A stretch of DNA of 64,000 bases from an uncultured archaeon (GTDB taxonomy: Archaea > Asgardarchaeota > Lokiarchaeia > Sigyniarchaeales > SOKP01): positions 1-64,000 of the forward strand of contig CAZALK010000022.1 of the NCBI GenBank assembly GCA_964486045.1, read 5' to 3'. Shown here piece after piece: positions 20,130 to 30,679 of this stretch (position 1 is its first letter; each line of letters begins with the position of its first letter). Under the pieces are notes generated by a model. That model worked only from the letters and a program-made list of their open reading frames with translations. It was not told the origin of the DNA and made no database searches. Position numbers and translations under genes: made by a program.

Positions 20130-22493
20130 TCATCCGTTTCCAGTTGATATCAAATAGAAGTGGCCATAGAAGTTAGCAAGCGAATCATCGCGTATAATAA
20201 TCATAAATATCTTGTCATCATTCCAATTTTCACACGTTCGTTGCAATGTCCACAGAATTCCACCCTCCCAGGTTATTGCCCATGCATCTTTTGCCGGCGG
20301 GAATATCATTCCAACACAATTTCCATCGATGGTCCATTTCTTGAGCGTATTGATGCCGGTTGACCAAAAATAGCCATCAGCCCAAACTATAGAATTGCCT
20401 AGCGACCAGGTTTTAGCATTGATTTCACCTACCAGATTCCCGGTTTTATTGATTTTATAGAGCGTTTTGCGATCCCTGCTTATCAAATACAGGAATTGAC
20501 CATCAGTTGTCATGCCCATGGTTCCACCCTTATTCTTGTAAGGTATATCGAAGGATGCATAAATTTCGATTGCGTTTGAGACATTAATCTTGAATTTAAA
20601 GATTTTAAGAAGAGAAAAATCGTTCACCCAAAAGAACTCACCGTCGTATGTCAAGCCCCTCGGGTTCATGAGGTAGTCATTTTTGTAGAAAGTCTTGCTT
20701 TGGGTAATTGGATTTAATTTAACCAAATCTATATACTTTCCCAAACCTGCGGCCCCAATCTTGAATCGCCATAGAGATCCATTTATATATTCCAATGTCC
20801 AGCCAAATGATAAATCTTTCCCAATTCGAGTTTCAACCTCTCTCGTTAGATCAACCTCATCGTAGATATACTGGTATTGATCTGCAGTGCTTCCTGGTAT
20901 ATATGGTAAAACATGTTTCTTTGGATTGGGAAAAAGTAAAAGCGGTACCCATCCCGGGTTGAGCATGATTTCTTGAAATGTAGCATTGACCGTACTTCCG
21001 AAAGACCAGGGATCAATGTGGGGATAATTGGAAAATGAATTGTTTATAATCGATATAATAGAATCTCCGCTTCCAGTCAATGCATAATGCATGTAGTCAG
21101 TAAAATAATTGTCTATGATGGACACATTACTTTTTTCGATGTGGATAGAAAAGAAACCACCCAAGAAGATATTGGATTGGATTGTTACGTCGTAATTAAA
21201 CTGTTCTAACGCAATGTCATGGTAGGAGTTATTATATAACAGGTTCCATCCATAGAACGGACTGGATCTTTCAGAATACAAGCCCTCGGAATTGCACCAC
21301 CTGATGATAGAATAGCTGACGTTCACTTTGGAATCAAATTGAACGATTCCTAGTTCACCGAATTCAACGATGACGTATCTAAACACGCTGGTATTCGTGT
21401 TTCGGCATGTAATACTTCCCCAATCTCCATTTATTGGATTTTGTGCATCGGACGTGAACCATATTTGTGCTTGTGATGTTCCTATTGCATTCACAGTTCC
21501 ACCGCTCACGATCAAGTAAACCTTGACGGGATACTTGTAGCCCCGATAATGTTTGAATTTCATGACGGTCTCAGGTTCTATTGTGAGCGTTACACCCTTG
21601 GGGACAACAACCGTTCCTACAACATGAATCTCTCCCGTCCAAATTGTGTTCTGCGAAAGCTGGCCTTGGACAGTTTGAACATTGCCTTGACCAATGGAAA
21701 TACTGTCTTGAAAGGAGGGAACATTGTCTGATGTCATATCAGGCTTAATAAAGAATGGGAAAATCAGCCCGGATAAGCTGATGATTAATGTCAACACAAA
21801 TATAGTTGAATTTTTTCTTGCGGATATGACTTTTACCCCCGACTGTTCATTTCTGAGTTTTCTCGATAAGAAATATGCAACTAAAACGATCGAACAGACT
21901 AAAATTCCGATAGACAGACCGGGTATTTTTTGTGCGTCTTGTCCACCACCATTAGGCTCTAAAGACCATTCGACACGGTCGAAGAATGCATTTTCTATAA
22001 CCCGGTTGAGTTTTCCTGTATGGTCGTAATACAACGAAGTGTTTCTTGCTTCCGTTTCAGCATAGAGAAAAAAACCATCGGGGTAAGTAGTAACGGTGAA
22101 CAAATCATACCTGTCCCAAACATCGAATTTATCACCAGATTTCAACGTCACAGGAATCCACAAAATGGTGTTAAATATTTTTCCGTTTTCAGGATTCCAT
22201 TCAATTGTACTGTTTATCTCTAAATACGTGGTTTTTATGACTATAGATTCGCTCCTGTTGTATTCAGTCTGTAGTTGTAACCATGAATCATTGTGTGGGA
22301 GAACTGTAAATTTCACAGTTCCGGAATATTTATTCTCGAGCTCAACTCCATTCACGTAAAAATACCAATTATCTCCAGAACCAGGCATGTATTGAGCAGA
22401 TATGGCCAAGTTAGCATGTGTAAGGGGCAATCCAATTATTGCACAAATAAAAATGAAAAACAAGATTTGATAGGATTTCAAAGTACTAACCAT
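20130..22493 (-). CDS. membrane-anchored surface protein with parallel beta-helix and beta-propeller domains
   Basis: Signal peptide, internal IPG-TM-basic segment and second TM, VVVPKGVTLTIEP beta-helix start, PRGLTYDGEFFWV-type propeller repeats. Confidence 0.7.
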   Translation of the reverse strand: MVSTLKSYQILFFIFICAIIGLPLTHANLAISAQYMPGSGDNWYFYVNGVELENKYSGTVKFTVLPHNDSWLQLQTEYNRSESIVIKTTYLEINSTIEWNPENGKIFNTILWIPVTLKSGDKFDVWDRYDLFTVTTYPDGFFLYAETEARNTSLYYDHTGKLNRVIENAFFDRVEWSLEPNGGGQDAQKIPGLSIGILVCSIVLVAYFLSRKLRNEQSGVKVISARKNSTIFVLTLIISLSGLIFPFFIKPDMTSDNVPSFQDSISIGQGNVQTVQGQLSQNTIWTGEIHVVGTVVVPKGVTLTIEPETVMKFKHYRGYKYPVKVYLIVSGGTVNAIGTSQAQIWFTSDAQNPINGDWGSITCRNTNTSVFRYVIVEFGELGIVQFDSKVNVSYSIIRWCNSEGLYSERSSPFYGWNLLYNNSYHDIALEQFNYDVTIQSNIFLGGFFSIHIEKSNVSIIDNYFTDYMHYALTGSGDSIISIINNSFSNYPHIDPWSFGSTVNATFQEIMLNPGWVPLLLFPNPKKHVLPYIPGSTADQYQYIYDEVDLTREVETRIGKDLSFGWTLEYINGSLWRFKIGAAGLGKYIDLVKLNPITQSKTFYKNDYLMNPRGLTYDGEFFWVNDFSLLKIFKFKINVSNAIEIYASFDIPYKNKGGTMGMTTDGQFLYLISRDRKTLYKINKTGNLVGEINAKTWSLGNSIVWADGYFWSTGINTLKKWTIDGNCVGMIFPPAKDAWAITWEGGILWTLQRTCENWNDDKIFMIIIRDDSLANFYGHFYLISTGNG

Positions 22494-22709
22494 TTCCTTA
22501 CTCGGGGTAAATTTTAAAAATTTGACAGAAGTTTTAATTTTTAATTTTTAATTTTATTTAAAAGTTCTCTAGTGTGTGATACAGTTGGGCATTAAAAAAA
22601 AATTCTCATGATGTCTGACTTTAGATAAATCGATTGAATTTTGCTTCGCTAGGCATATAAGAATGGATTTTTTAAATAAAAGAGAGAAAGAAAAAAAATT
22701 ATTTCGTGT

Positions 22710-25120
22710 TTAAGTTCTACACATTCTTTTAAGTAAAGTTGGATCCACTATTTCTTTCGGTTTCCAACCTCTTTCTTTGAGGTATTCCTGTATTTCAGTT
22801 TTCATGTTAATAGGAATGTCTGCTTCAAGGCGAATGAATTTATCTAAATCGTTTGGAAACTGAACTCCTTTATATTTCCGTTCTAAATCAACCCAGTGGG
22901 ATAGTTTTATCATACGGCCTTTTGAATTGTCGGCAGGACGTATCACGAGTTTTGCCACTAAGCAGATGGCTTGTTCAATACTTTCAGCAGGAGTTAAAAG
23001 ATGCTCTGGTCCGGGACCTACAATGTGACCTTCGGTTCCATCTCGGGCATTGTAGACTTTCCATGTACTTTCATCATCCGCGCGACTAAGATACATACGA
23101 CGATACTCGGCACCATGTGGACCAATTACTGCTGGGATACCTAATCCGTTAGCCATACTTGCTATACTAGCTGCCTTTTGAGAATATGCGCCCCAAGCCA
23201 CACCTACTGCACCAAGACGATTCAAAATATAGTCTGCGATTTCTTCAAAATTGCCTCGTAGTGGTCTTCTCGCAAATATATTAGCAACTTTAATTGCTGC
23301 ACCCGTTATCCACGCGTCGGCGACACAGCTTCCAACGTTAACCAAGCCTCCACGATCGAAATCACCTGGAAATCTTTCATACAGAGTTTTACCTTCATCG
23401 TCCTTTACTAGACCTATGTCCATAGCCGCGCAACCGGAGACGCAAACTATATAATTTCGGATTAAAAATTCTTCTGCCATAGTATAGAGTTCTCGAATAC
23501 TGTGTGCATAATTTGAACATCCAATCAATGCAATAATGCCAGGGATCTCCCCAAGTACGATAGGGGCACCTACATTTCGAATTTCTGTGTCTAGAATAGG
23601 TCCGCGTCCCGATCTACATTTGTATCTTTCAGTTTTAATGTATTCACTTGATGCATACATAATTAAGGTTAAAGGAGAGACGTCTTTCATACAATCAGCC
23701 TCACATCTTCCACACGCTAAACACTCATCAAAAAGACTCGAGAGTAGAGTAAAATCCCCATCTTTTGCCAGACCTACAGCTTCAACAAGGGGTAAATCGT
23801 TTGGACAGTTTCTCTGACAATTACCACAACCATTACATCTCATTGCCATCTCTATAGAACCTTTCTCATCAGGAACACCACTTTTAGCATTTCTAATCGG
23901 TTTAATTTTTACAGCTGTTTCGGCGGCAACGGCTCCTGCTTTTGTTGGATTTAAAATTAAAACTCCATCTAACCTTCCACTTACTAAATCATCTACGATT
24001 TCATCAACTGGATCACCAGTTCTATCAGGTAGTCCAGCCATAACTTTTTCGTTAGTAGTGATATAAGGAGCACCAACTTTCTTAGCCTCGTCGTAAGTTT
24101 GCAACACTACACACTGTTCATCGACCATCACAACGTCAGCTAAACCAGAACGAATATATGTTAATTGTCTTGAAAATGAACCAATGATTTTTGCTCCATC
24201 GTAATACCTCGTTAAATCGTGAGCAGTGCAGCATATAGCTCCTACATCAAGCTTCTCATCTAAACCTTTCTCTCGTATATAATCAACTAATTCTACACCG
24301 GGTGCAACATTATGTCCAATCATCAAAATTGTTGCCTTGTTTTCAGTATCCATGGTACCCATACCGAGTTCTACAATTGGAGTGTCTGGTTCACCAACAG
24401 GCATCCCATATGCTGCGATTTGAATTGCATCCGAAACTTCCATTCCTATCGCGTCACATAAACCAGCTAAAAAACTTTTAGCTTCATAATCTATATGCGA
24501 ACTTTCTTGTCCGGTGTGACCTGCTGCTAAGAGTTGCGTGATCTGGTAGTTTACTCAGCAAGCGCGAATATCTTGCCAAAGTGTACCCAGTCCATCGCAG
24601 TCTCCAGATCATCCAGACTTTCCGGCTTAATTCCAACGATCAAGCGTGTTAATGGCATCTCTACTGCAATATTATTTCCAAAATTCAATGGAACGTTACC
24701 GTATTTCTCTCGAAGCCAGTGTAGTAAATGGTCGCCGTGCGCGCTGTTTCGAACTAGATTTTTAAACAAAACCTAGTGACACGCAGCGCCTATACAACAA
24801 GCAATCTCTACTATACGTGCATTTTGCGTTTCCATATTGATACCACAAGCCCCTGTTCTACCCTTAGATAAATTGCATTTACCGTATGTGCAAAGACAAC
24901 ACATATCGCAAATCGGCATATATGTTGGTTTGTACCTATCCATGAGTGTGAAAAACCAGTTCCGCAGCGTTGGTATTCCTGGGCGAGGAGTTGGACCCAT
25001 TGGTTCCCATTCAGTCTCATCACCATAAGAAATCCTGCCAGTCGTTAGCTCAAAGCCTTTAATCGTACCCAGCGGTCCCTTGTACTCATCTATTTTTATT
25101 TTTGCGCCTGTCTTTTCCAT
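22710..25120 (-). CDS. cdhA: CO dehydrogenase/acetyl-CoA synthase complex alpha subunit, interrupted by two short introns; join(24778..25120,24581..24747,22710..24548), 782 aa
   Basis: Three ORF pieces are colinear parts of CdhA (CDMCCLCTYGKC..GACG; ACH|SAHGDHLL; HTGQE; GHN; CCTAHD; DEQC; two ferredoxin CxxCxxC motifs; GSC). Removing 30+32 nt gives one uninterrupted frame. Confidence 0.93.
24549..24580 (-). other. 32-nt putative BHB-type mRNA intron 2 of cdhA
   Basis: Insert tttggcaagatattcgcgcttgctgagtaaac contains a stop and shifts the frame. Stem UUGGCAAG/CUUGCUGA. Excision gives DWVH|YQITQLL. Confidence 0.75.
24748..24777 (-). other. 30-nt putative BHB-type mRNA intron 1 of cdhA
   Basis: Insert actaggttttgtttaaaaatctagttcgaa has an in-frame UAG. 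BHB fold GCGCUG-CGUG-[UCA]-stem...UUCG-[AAA]-CAGCGC. Excision gives GAACHSAHGDH. Confidence 0.85.
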
Positions 25121-25274
25121 ATTTTTAATTCACATTTATTTTGTTTTTTCTTTGTTCTTTTATTATAAATTTATAATTGAAATTTTAATTCTTATGTAGT
25201 ATAATTAATCCCTAAAAATAAAAGCTATTGATTATGGTTTAAAACGATTACTCGCGATTTGGTTATAGAGATTT

Positions 25275-25292
25275 AGTGTGAAAATTCACACT
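25275..25292. promoter_or_regulatory. perfect inverted repeat in the divergent intergenic region upstream of cdhA (candidate operator)
   Basis: AGTGTGAA-aa-TTCACACT. Confidence 0.4.
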
Positions 25293-25390
25293 GCTAATAA
25301 GTTATATTTAATTTTTTTAGTGGGAAGGATTTTTTAAGCAAAACTAAAACTCAAAATTTAAATGGGAGTATTAAATTATACATAAATTTT

Positions 25391-25951
25391 ATGATTGAAG
25401 AAATATTGATTAAATCCCTAAAAAATAAGGATCTTTTTCTAAATCAAAATAATTTTCTCAGGATCATCATTAAAAACATGTTCCGCCATGATATGTTCCC
25501 AACCTTCAGCATCAAGCCAAATTATGCTTTTGTATTTAAAAAAAAGGAAAACAATGATTTTGAATCAGGGCTTAAAAGAGTTAAAGGTTTTAAAAACATA
25601 AAAGAAATAATTTGTGATGATGAATGGCAATTAGGGGTTCCAACGGTATTACCATCAATGTTTCCGGGATCTAATATGTATGAAATCCTTCCACATGTTT
25701 ATTTAACAGATATAAATGGAAAAAGATTATTGGGTAGATTTACTTTAAAAGATGGTCAACTGGTTGATAATAAACGATTATGGTGGCAGAATAATGAAAT
25801 GCTAGAGAAAAATTTTCTTTTTCGAGATGATAACAAAAAATATGGAATCGAGACTTGTTTTTTTATTACTACCCGTTTCGGATACACCAACAGGATTATG
25901 CAATTTATTGTTCACTTTGAATCCTATGAATTAAAAATGGGATTAATTTGA
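25391..25951 (+). CDS. hypothetical protein
   Basis: 186-aa ORF, no recognised motif. Confidence 0.55.
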   Translation: MIEEILIKSLKNKDLFLNQNNFLRIIIKNMFRHDMFPTFSIKPNYAFVFKKKENNDFESGLKRVKGFKNIKEIICDDEWQLGVPTVLPSMFPGSNMYEILPHVYLTDINGKRLLGRFTLKDGQLVDNKRLWWQNNEMLEKNFLFRDDNKKYGIETCFFITTRFGYTNRIMQFIVHFESYELKMGLI

Positions 25952-26163
25952 TTTTGCTTATAAGATGTCTCAATTTTAAAGATACAAATCTAAATTCTTG
26001 AATACCTTATTGATGATTCCTTAAATGTTATCTTACAATAATTGATACTCCGAAATCTCATTCAATCCTATTATCATAAGAAACTTTTAACGATCTTTCG
26101 ATTACATAATCCTAAAACAAATCAGGAGTAAGTTATATATTCTCTTATGCTTATTTTATTGGG

Positions 26164-26397
26164 GTGTTAACGTATTTATATCTTGTATTTTATGCGATTT
26201 TCTTTCCAAACCTTTCAGAGGGAATACAGGATATACTTAGTCCATTTAGTAGTAAAATAATATCATTGTTTATATTAGTAAATGTTATTGCAATTTTTTG
26301 TGTTTTTGTTACATTCCTTATATATTTAAATATTCTAATAATTAAAGATATAAAAAAAAAAGTCTTTATTTATTTAAGAAATGAAGAAAAAAATTGA
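26164..26397 (+). CDS. small hypothetical membrane protein, possibly a gene fragment
   Basis: Hydrophobic 77-aa ORF with GTG start. Confidence 0.35.
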   Translation: MLTYLYLVFYAIFFPNLSEGIQDILSPFSSKIISLFILVNVIAIFCVFVTFLIYLNILIIKDIKKKVFIYLRNEEKN

Positions 26398-26528
26398 TTT
26401 AACTGTTTTTGTTGGTATTACGTTATTTCTATTTGGATTATTCTCTGCTTTATATGGAATTATCACCGTAATTATTAAGTTTTATCAGAAAGATAGAAAA
26501 ATAAACCAGAAATTCGTAAAATAAATTT

Positions 26529-27113
26529 TTATATTCTTTTTAACCTTGAATAGATACTAAATTGTAATCCATTCATTATTAATACAGAGATACCAATAGT
26601 ATATAAGACAAAACCAGAAGAATAACCAGATTTAATATAAATTAAAATGGCTAAATAAAATAATAGTTCAAATTTTACATTGAAAATGAGAATTATTCCC
26701 GGGATAATAAACAAAATTTGAGTTACTTCAATCAGATAACGAATCTGTAGTTTTTGTTTTATAGAAATCTTAAGAAAGAGGAGACATAATCCAATTAGAT
26801 AAGCGTAATACAAATAAATAATGAATATACCGTCTAAGTTAACAGCTTCTATAAAATAAAGGTATTGAAAATGATTTACACCGAATAAGTGGTAATACCA
26901 AGGAATAGAAAAAGAAATTACTAAAAGTATAATTCCAATTAATTCTGTGACAATAGAAAATAAAACATGCTTTTTGGGAATAAAAGACCTAAAATTCATT
27001 CCATTCTTCCAATTAGTTGTTCGATCAACCGGTTTAATAAATGTTATTAAACCAATAAGATCAAGTAATAACCAACCGAGGAAAAGATGTACTAGATCAA
27101 GTGTGTCACTCAT
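26529..27113 (-). CDS. hypothetical multi-pass membrane protein
   Basis: About 5 TM segments. Confidence 0.6.
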   Translation of the reverse strand: MSDTLDLVHLFLGWLLLDLIGLITFIKPVDRTTNWKNGMNFRSFIPKKHVLFSIVTELIGIILLVISFSIPWYYHLFGVNHFQYLYFIEAVNLDGIFIIYLYYAYLIGLCLLFLKISIKQKLQIRYLIEVTQILFIIPGIILIFNVKFELLFYLAILIYIKSGYSSGFVLYTIGISVLIMNGLQFSIYSRLKRI

Positions 27114-27394
27114 AATTATAAAATTTCCTAATTCTTATTTACAATTCTGTATAAAGATTAAGCAGATCTAATTTATAATAACTATGATCTACAAATTTTT
27201 TCAATAAAGAAAAGGAATTAAATGACCTTCAAAAAGTAGGACCAGAACGAATTCTAACATTGGAACAGCTTCCTAATAACGGGGGAGGGGGAACTGAAAT
27301 CGTATGATAAGCAAAAAGCAAATACGTTTCAAAATTCTACCTACTTCATTACTTTTACCTAATTCATTATCTTCAAGACTTTATTATCAAAAAG

Positions 27395-27811
27395 TTAAAG
27401 ATTAAAGTTAGCGATTATAGCTTCTGGAATTAAGATAGAGTATAAGATAATACTCTCTAGGATCATTTCTATAATGGTGATTATGAGAATAATGACTATG
27501 GATTCCTGCATTTTTTGTCTAAAAACAAGATTAAAAATCTTCACTCCAAGAAAGATGCTTATAAAAAACGATAAGATTACCAAAATAATCGAATAAATAA
27601 AATAAAGGCTAAATTCATTCAAAAAAGCCAGATCAAGATAAAAGGTTATAATTAATACAAAGATGAATATTAGAGTTCTCCAACCAAGAATAAAAAGGAG
27701 AGAGGTTCTAAATCGAGGGTTCCACCCTTTTTTTCTCTCATACCATCTGATAAGTATTATCCCTATTATTATGATAATAATATAACGCAAGAGTTCAGTG
27801 ATTATGTTCAT
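27395..27811 (-). CDS. hypothetical membrane protein
   Basis: About 4 TM segments. Confidence 0.6.
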   Translation of the reverse strand: MNIITELLRYIIIIIIGIILIRWYERKKGWNPRFRTSLLFILGWRTLIFIFVLIITFYLDLAFLNEFSLYFIYSIILVILSFFISIFLGVKIFNLVFRQKMQESIVIILIITIIEMILESIILYSILIPEAIIANFNL

Positions 27812-27858
27812 TTTATTCTTACCTTTTCTCTTCCATCAAAACCGGATGATGGTTCCTA

Positions 27859-29349
27859 TTAATCTACTTTTTCTATTTTTTGTGATTTAGAGTCCTTAAT
27901 TGAAGGAAGTGTTTTTATTATAGTATAAATATTAACAATAATCGCTAGGAATATAAAAATGATAATAAAGGGAAAGCTAAATAGTGTATATGATTCAAAT
28001 AGGTCAATGTTCGAGTAAAATATTTGAGCACTCATATTCATGGATATTAGCTCAATAAGATAAAAAACAACTAATGCACTACTAGCAGAAAGTAAGATAA
28101 CTGAATTTATTTTGTCTAAACGAAATTTAAACCACTTAGTCTTAAATTCCCCAGAATTATTAATATTTTCTAGAGCCTTCTCAAAACGGTGGTTTTTTAA
28201 TATTTTTCCAATTGGATAATAGGAAAAAAGGATAATCGGAATAAAAAAAATATGAAATAAATTATTAAGAAATGAGAAGTAAAACAGATCTCCAAACATA
28301 AAAATATTAGTCAGATAAAAATGAGTAAAAAAAACAACACAAATAAGAGCTGAGGAGAGTAAGATTGTAGCTCTATGAGGGGTTAATTTTATCCGAAACC
28401 ATGAGAACTCATCAAAAGTTTTCCTATCTTTATGATTTCTTTCTTTAAGAAAAAAACTAGAAATCATAAGAACTAAAGATACACTAACATATAGCACTGT
28501 TCTAATAAAATCATTATTTTGATATGCATTAGGAGGAGTATATGATATCCCTAAAAGATTCGATACATCTTTATTGAATATAGCAAGGTGGGAAAAGATC
28601 CTTGCTGAGAAGATTATGAATACAAAAAATGAACCAATAAAAATAAGGAGAGCATAATTCTTTGTAACTTTTGTTGAAGGAGTTATAGGTTTACCTCTTC
28701 GAGTTATAAAGAGACTGTATAGACACACTATCAAAAATATTGATTGTATTATAAGAGGAACATTGTTTGATAATAATAAATGCCCTGTCCATTGATATGG
28801 ACCGATTTGAATCTCACTAATAGATGACAAGAGCCCAAACATGGAGAAAGGATATATAAAATGTTCCAAAAGGAGTTGTATCATGAAGATTAATCCTGCG
28901 AAGGATACACAGAAAATAAATAAGGATTGACCGTGAGAAATTTTTAACCCAAACCAATTTACAACTCTCTTTTGTGAAATAATTTTCCGTTTAGGTCTAT
29001 TTTCACTTGTTCTATTTTTTAGAATTCTTCTAAAACCATAGAGACTCAAGGAAATAAATATGATATTGACAACTATTCGTATAATGATTGGTATAGAATT
29101 ATAGAATAGATAGTCTTCATGATAGACTCCTGGATTTTCTAAATAACGTGGGACTGTAGAGAATATAAATTGAAATAAATTGAGGAAAATATCTCCAACT
29201 AAAAGGAATGAGACCATAAAGATACCCATAACAGATAAAACTAGGAACAAACTGACCTGCGAACGACTTAGTTCAAATTTAAACAATGTTAATTGAGAAC
29301 TGCTTATAATCGGTTTATTTTTTTCATCATCTTCTATATTTATCACCAT
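27859..29349 (-). CDS. hypothetical polytopic membrane protein with internal repeats
   Basis: Recurrent (W/L)FxF/IKL motif before TM pairs (LFKFEL, WFGLKI, WFRIKL, WFKFRL). Confidence 0.65.
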   Translation of the reverse strand: MVINIEDDEKNKPIISSSQLTLFKFELSRSQVSLFLVLSVMGIFMVSFLLVGDIFLNLFQFIFSTVPRYLENPGVYHEDYLFYNSIPIIIRIVVNIIFISLSLYGFRRILKNRTSENRPKRKIISQKRVVNWFGLKISHGQSLFIFCVSFAGLIFMIQLLLEHFIYPFSMFGLLSSISEIQIGPYQWTGHLLLSNNVPLIIQSIFLIVCLYSLFITRRGKPITPSTKVTKNYALLIFIGSFFVFIIFSARIFSHLAIFNKDVSNLLGISYTPPNAYQNNDFIRTVLYVSVSLVLMISSFFLKERNHKDRKTFDEFSWFRIKLTPHRATILLSSALICVVFFTHFYLTNIFMFGDLFYFSFLNNLFHIFFIPIILFSYYPIGKILKNHRFEKALENINNSGEFKTKWFKFRLDKINSVILLSASSALVVFYLIELISMNMSAQIFYSNIDLFESYTLFSFPFIIIFIFLAIIVNIYTIIKTLPSIKDSKSQKIEKVD

Positions 29350-29362
29350 TTATTTTATAATC

Positions 29363-30679
29363 TTAACTTATCAACATATTTTTTCTAAATTGAGTAGAAA
29401 GGTTTCTTTGTTCTTTTTTATATTTGAGAAATAAAGATATTACACTGCTTAGTAGCATGATACCTATCATCAAAAATATGACAAAAAGGTTATATCCGGG
29501 GATAATTAACATAGGGGCAGTAATGATATCTCGATCAAATAAATAAATCCTGTGCCTCCCTCCTACTACAATATATTTACCATCTGAAGAAATTTCTAAA
29601 CCAGAATCATAATTTGCATTAGTATATCCATCCAATCTATACCTCCATATTGGTGTTGAACTAGATTTATTAAATAAATAAATCCAATAATTACGGGTTA
29701 GGGCAACTATATAATCCCCGTTAGATGAGATAGCAACTGAGGTAATTTCTGATTTTGTTGAATATGTCCATTTGGGTATTGAATTATTTCGATTAAATAA
29801 ATATACTTTTGTATCACGATAGTCACCACCAGCGACAATATAACTTCCATCTTGAGAAATTTTGATGGAACTTACGTGATCAGGTGCATTGTTGGTCCAT
29901 AATGGAATTGAGCTGTTTTTCCTAAAAACATACACTTTATCGCCCCCCGAAGCTATATAATTTCCGTCAGCGGATATGGATAGGGAAGTGCTCATATCTC
30001 CTGATAGAGTGAAGGTCCATTCAGGTGAATTGTTAGATGTATTAAAAAAATAGAGCTTTGCTGCATTATCAGTTGCCGCCATAAAACTTCCATTTGAGGA
30101 AATCGCAACTCGAATTGTTAATCCCGTTGTGGAATACCCCTTAATAGGAATGGATTCCGTAGCGTTAAAAAAAAAAGCTTTACGATGGTCACCACTTGCG
30201 GCAGCAATATAATCATCATTATCAGAAATCGCAATATCATAAACCCACCCGTTGGTAGAATAAGCCCATTCAGGTGTGGGGGTTGAATTATTAAACAAGT
30301 AAACGGTTCTTTCGACGTAACCTCCCCCTGCTACAATATAAGAACCATTTCCAGAAATTGCTAAAGAATAAAAACTATTTGAAATTGAATAATTCCATAA
30401 GGGAATCTTGGTTGTAGAGTTTGAATTATCAAATAAAAACAATGTTCCATTTGCCTTTATTGAAATATCATATACTAAATTCTCGCTTGTAGCGGTAATA
30501 TAGCTACCATCTGAAGAAATAGCAACCGCGGAAATGTATCGATTTCCTGATGAATATGACCATACCGGAGTTGTAGAAGGATTAGAATAAGTTAATGCAG
30601 AACCTTCAATAATAAGAAAAGGATTCCCAAATATAATAATGGTAAAAAATAAAATGAGAATAAGTCTTTTTGTATTCAT
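29363..30679 (-). CDS. secreted WD40/PQQ-like beta-propeller with C-terminal IPGY sorting signal
   Basis: Repeats PxWxY...VAISSDGSYI. C-terminus IPGYN, TM, basic tail. Confidence 0.85.
   Translation of the reverse strand: MNTKRLILILFFTIIIFGNPFLIIEGSALTYSNPSTTPVWSYSSGNRYISAVAISSDGSYITATSENLVYDISIKANGTLFLFDNSNSTTKIPLWNYSISNSFYSLAISGNGSYIVAGGGYVERTVYLFNNSTPTPEWAYSTNGWVYDIAISDNDDYIAAASGDHRKAFFFNATESIPIKGYSTTGLTIRVAISSNGSFMAATDNAAKLYFFNTSNNSPEWTFTLSGDMSTSLSISADGNYIASGGDKVYVFRKNSSIPLWTNNAPDHVSSIKISQDGSYIVAGGDYRDTKVYLFNRNNSIPKWTYSTKSEITSVAISSNGDYIVALTRNYWIYLFNKSSSTPIWRYRLDGYTNANYDSGLEISSDGKYIVVGGRHRIYLFDRDIITAPMLIIPGYNLFVIFLMIGIMLLSSVISLFLKYKKEQRNLSTQFRKNMLIS

Noticed and set aside
24773-24775. In-frame UAG in cdhA read as pyrrolysine or stop readthrough
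   Set aside because: Readthrough would insert 10 residues into the conserved CHxxHxxH motif. It also cannot explain the second, frameshifting insert or the UAA in GH57.
22710-25120. cdhA as a decayed pseudogene or three-subunit split gene
   Set aside because: All metal-ligand motifs are intact and the only lesions are two clean hairpin insertions whose removal restores colinearity.
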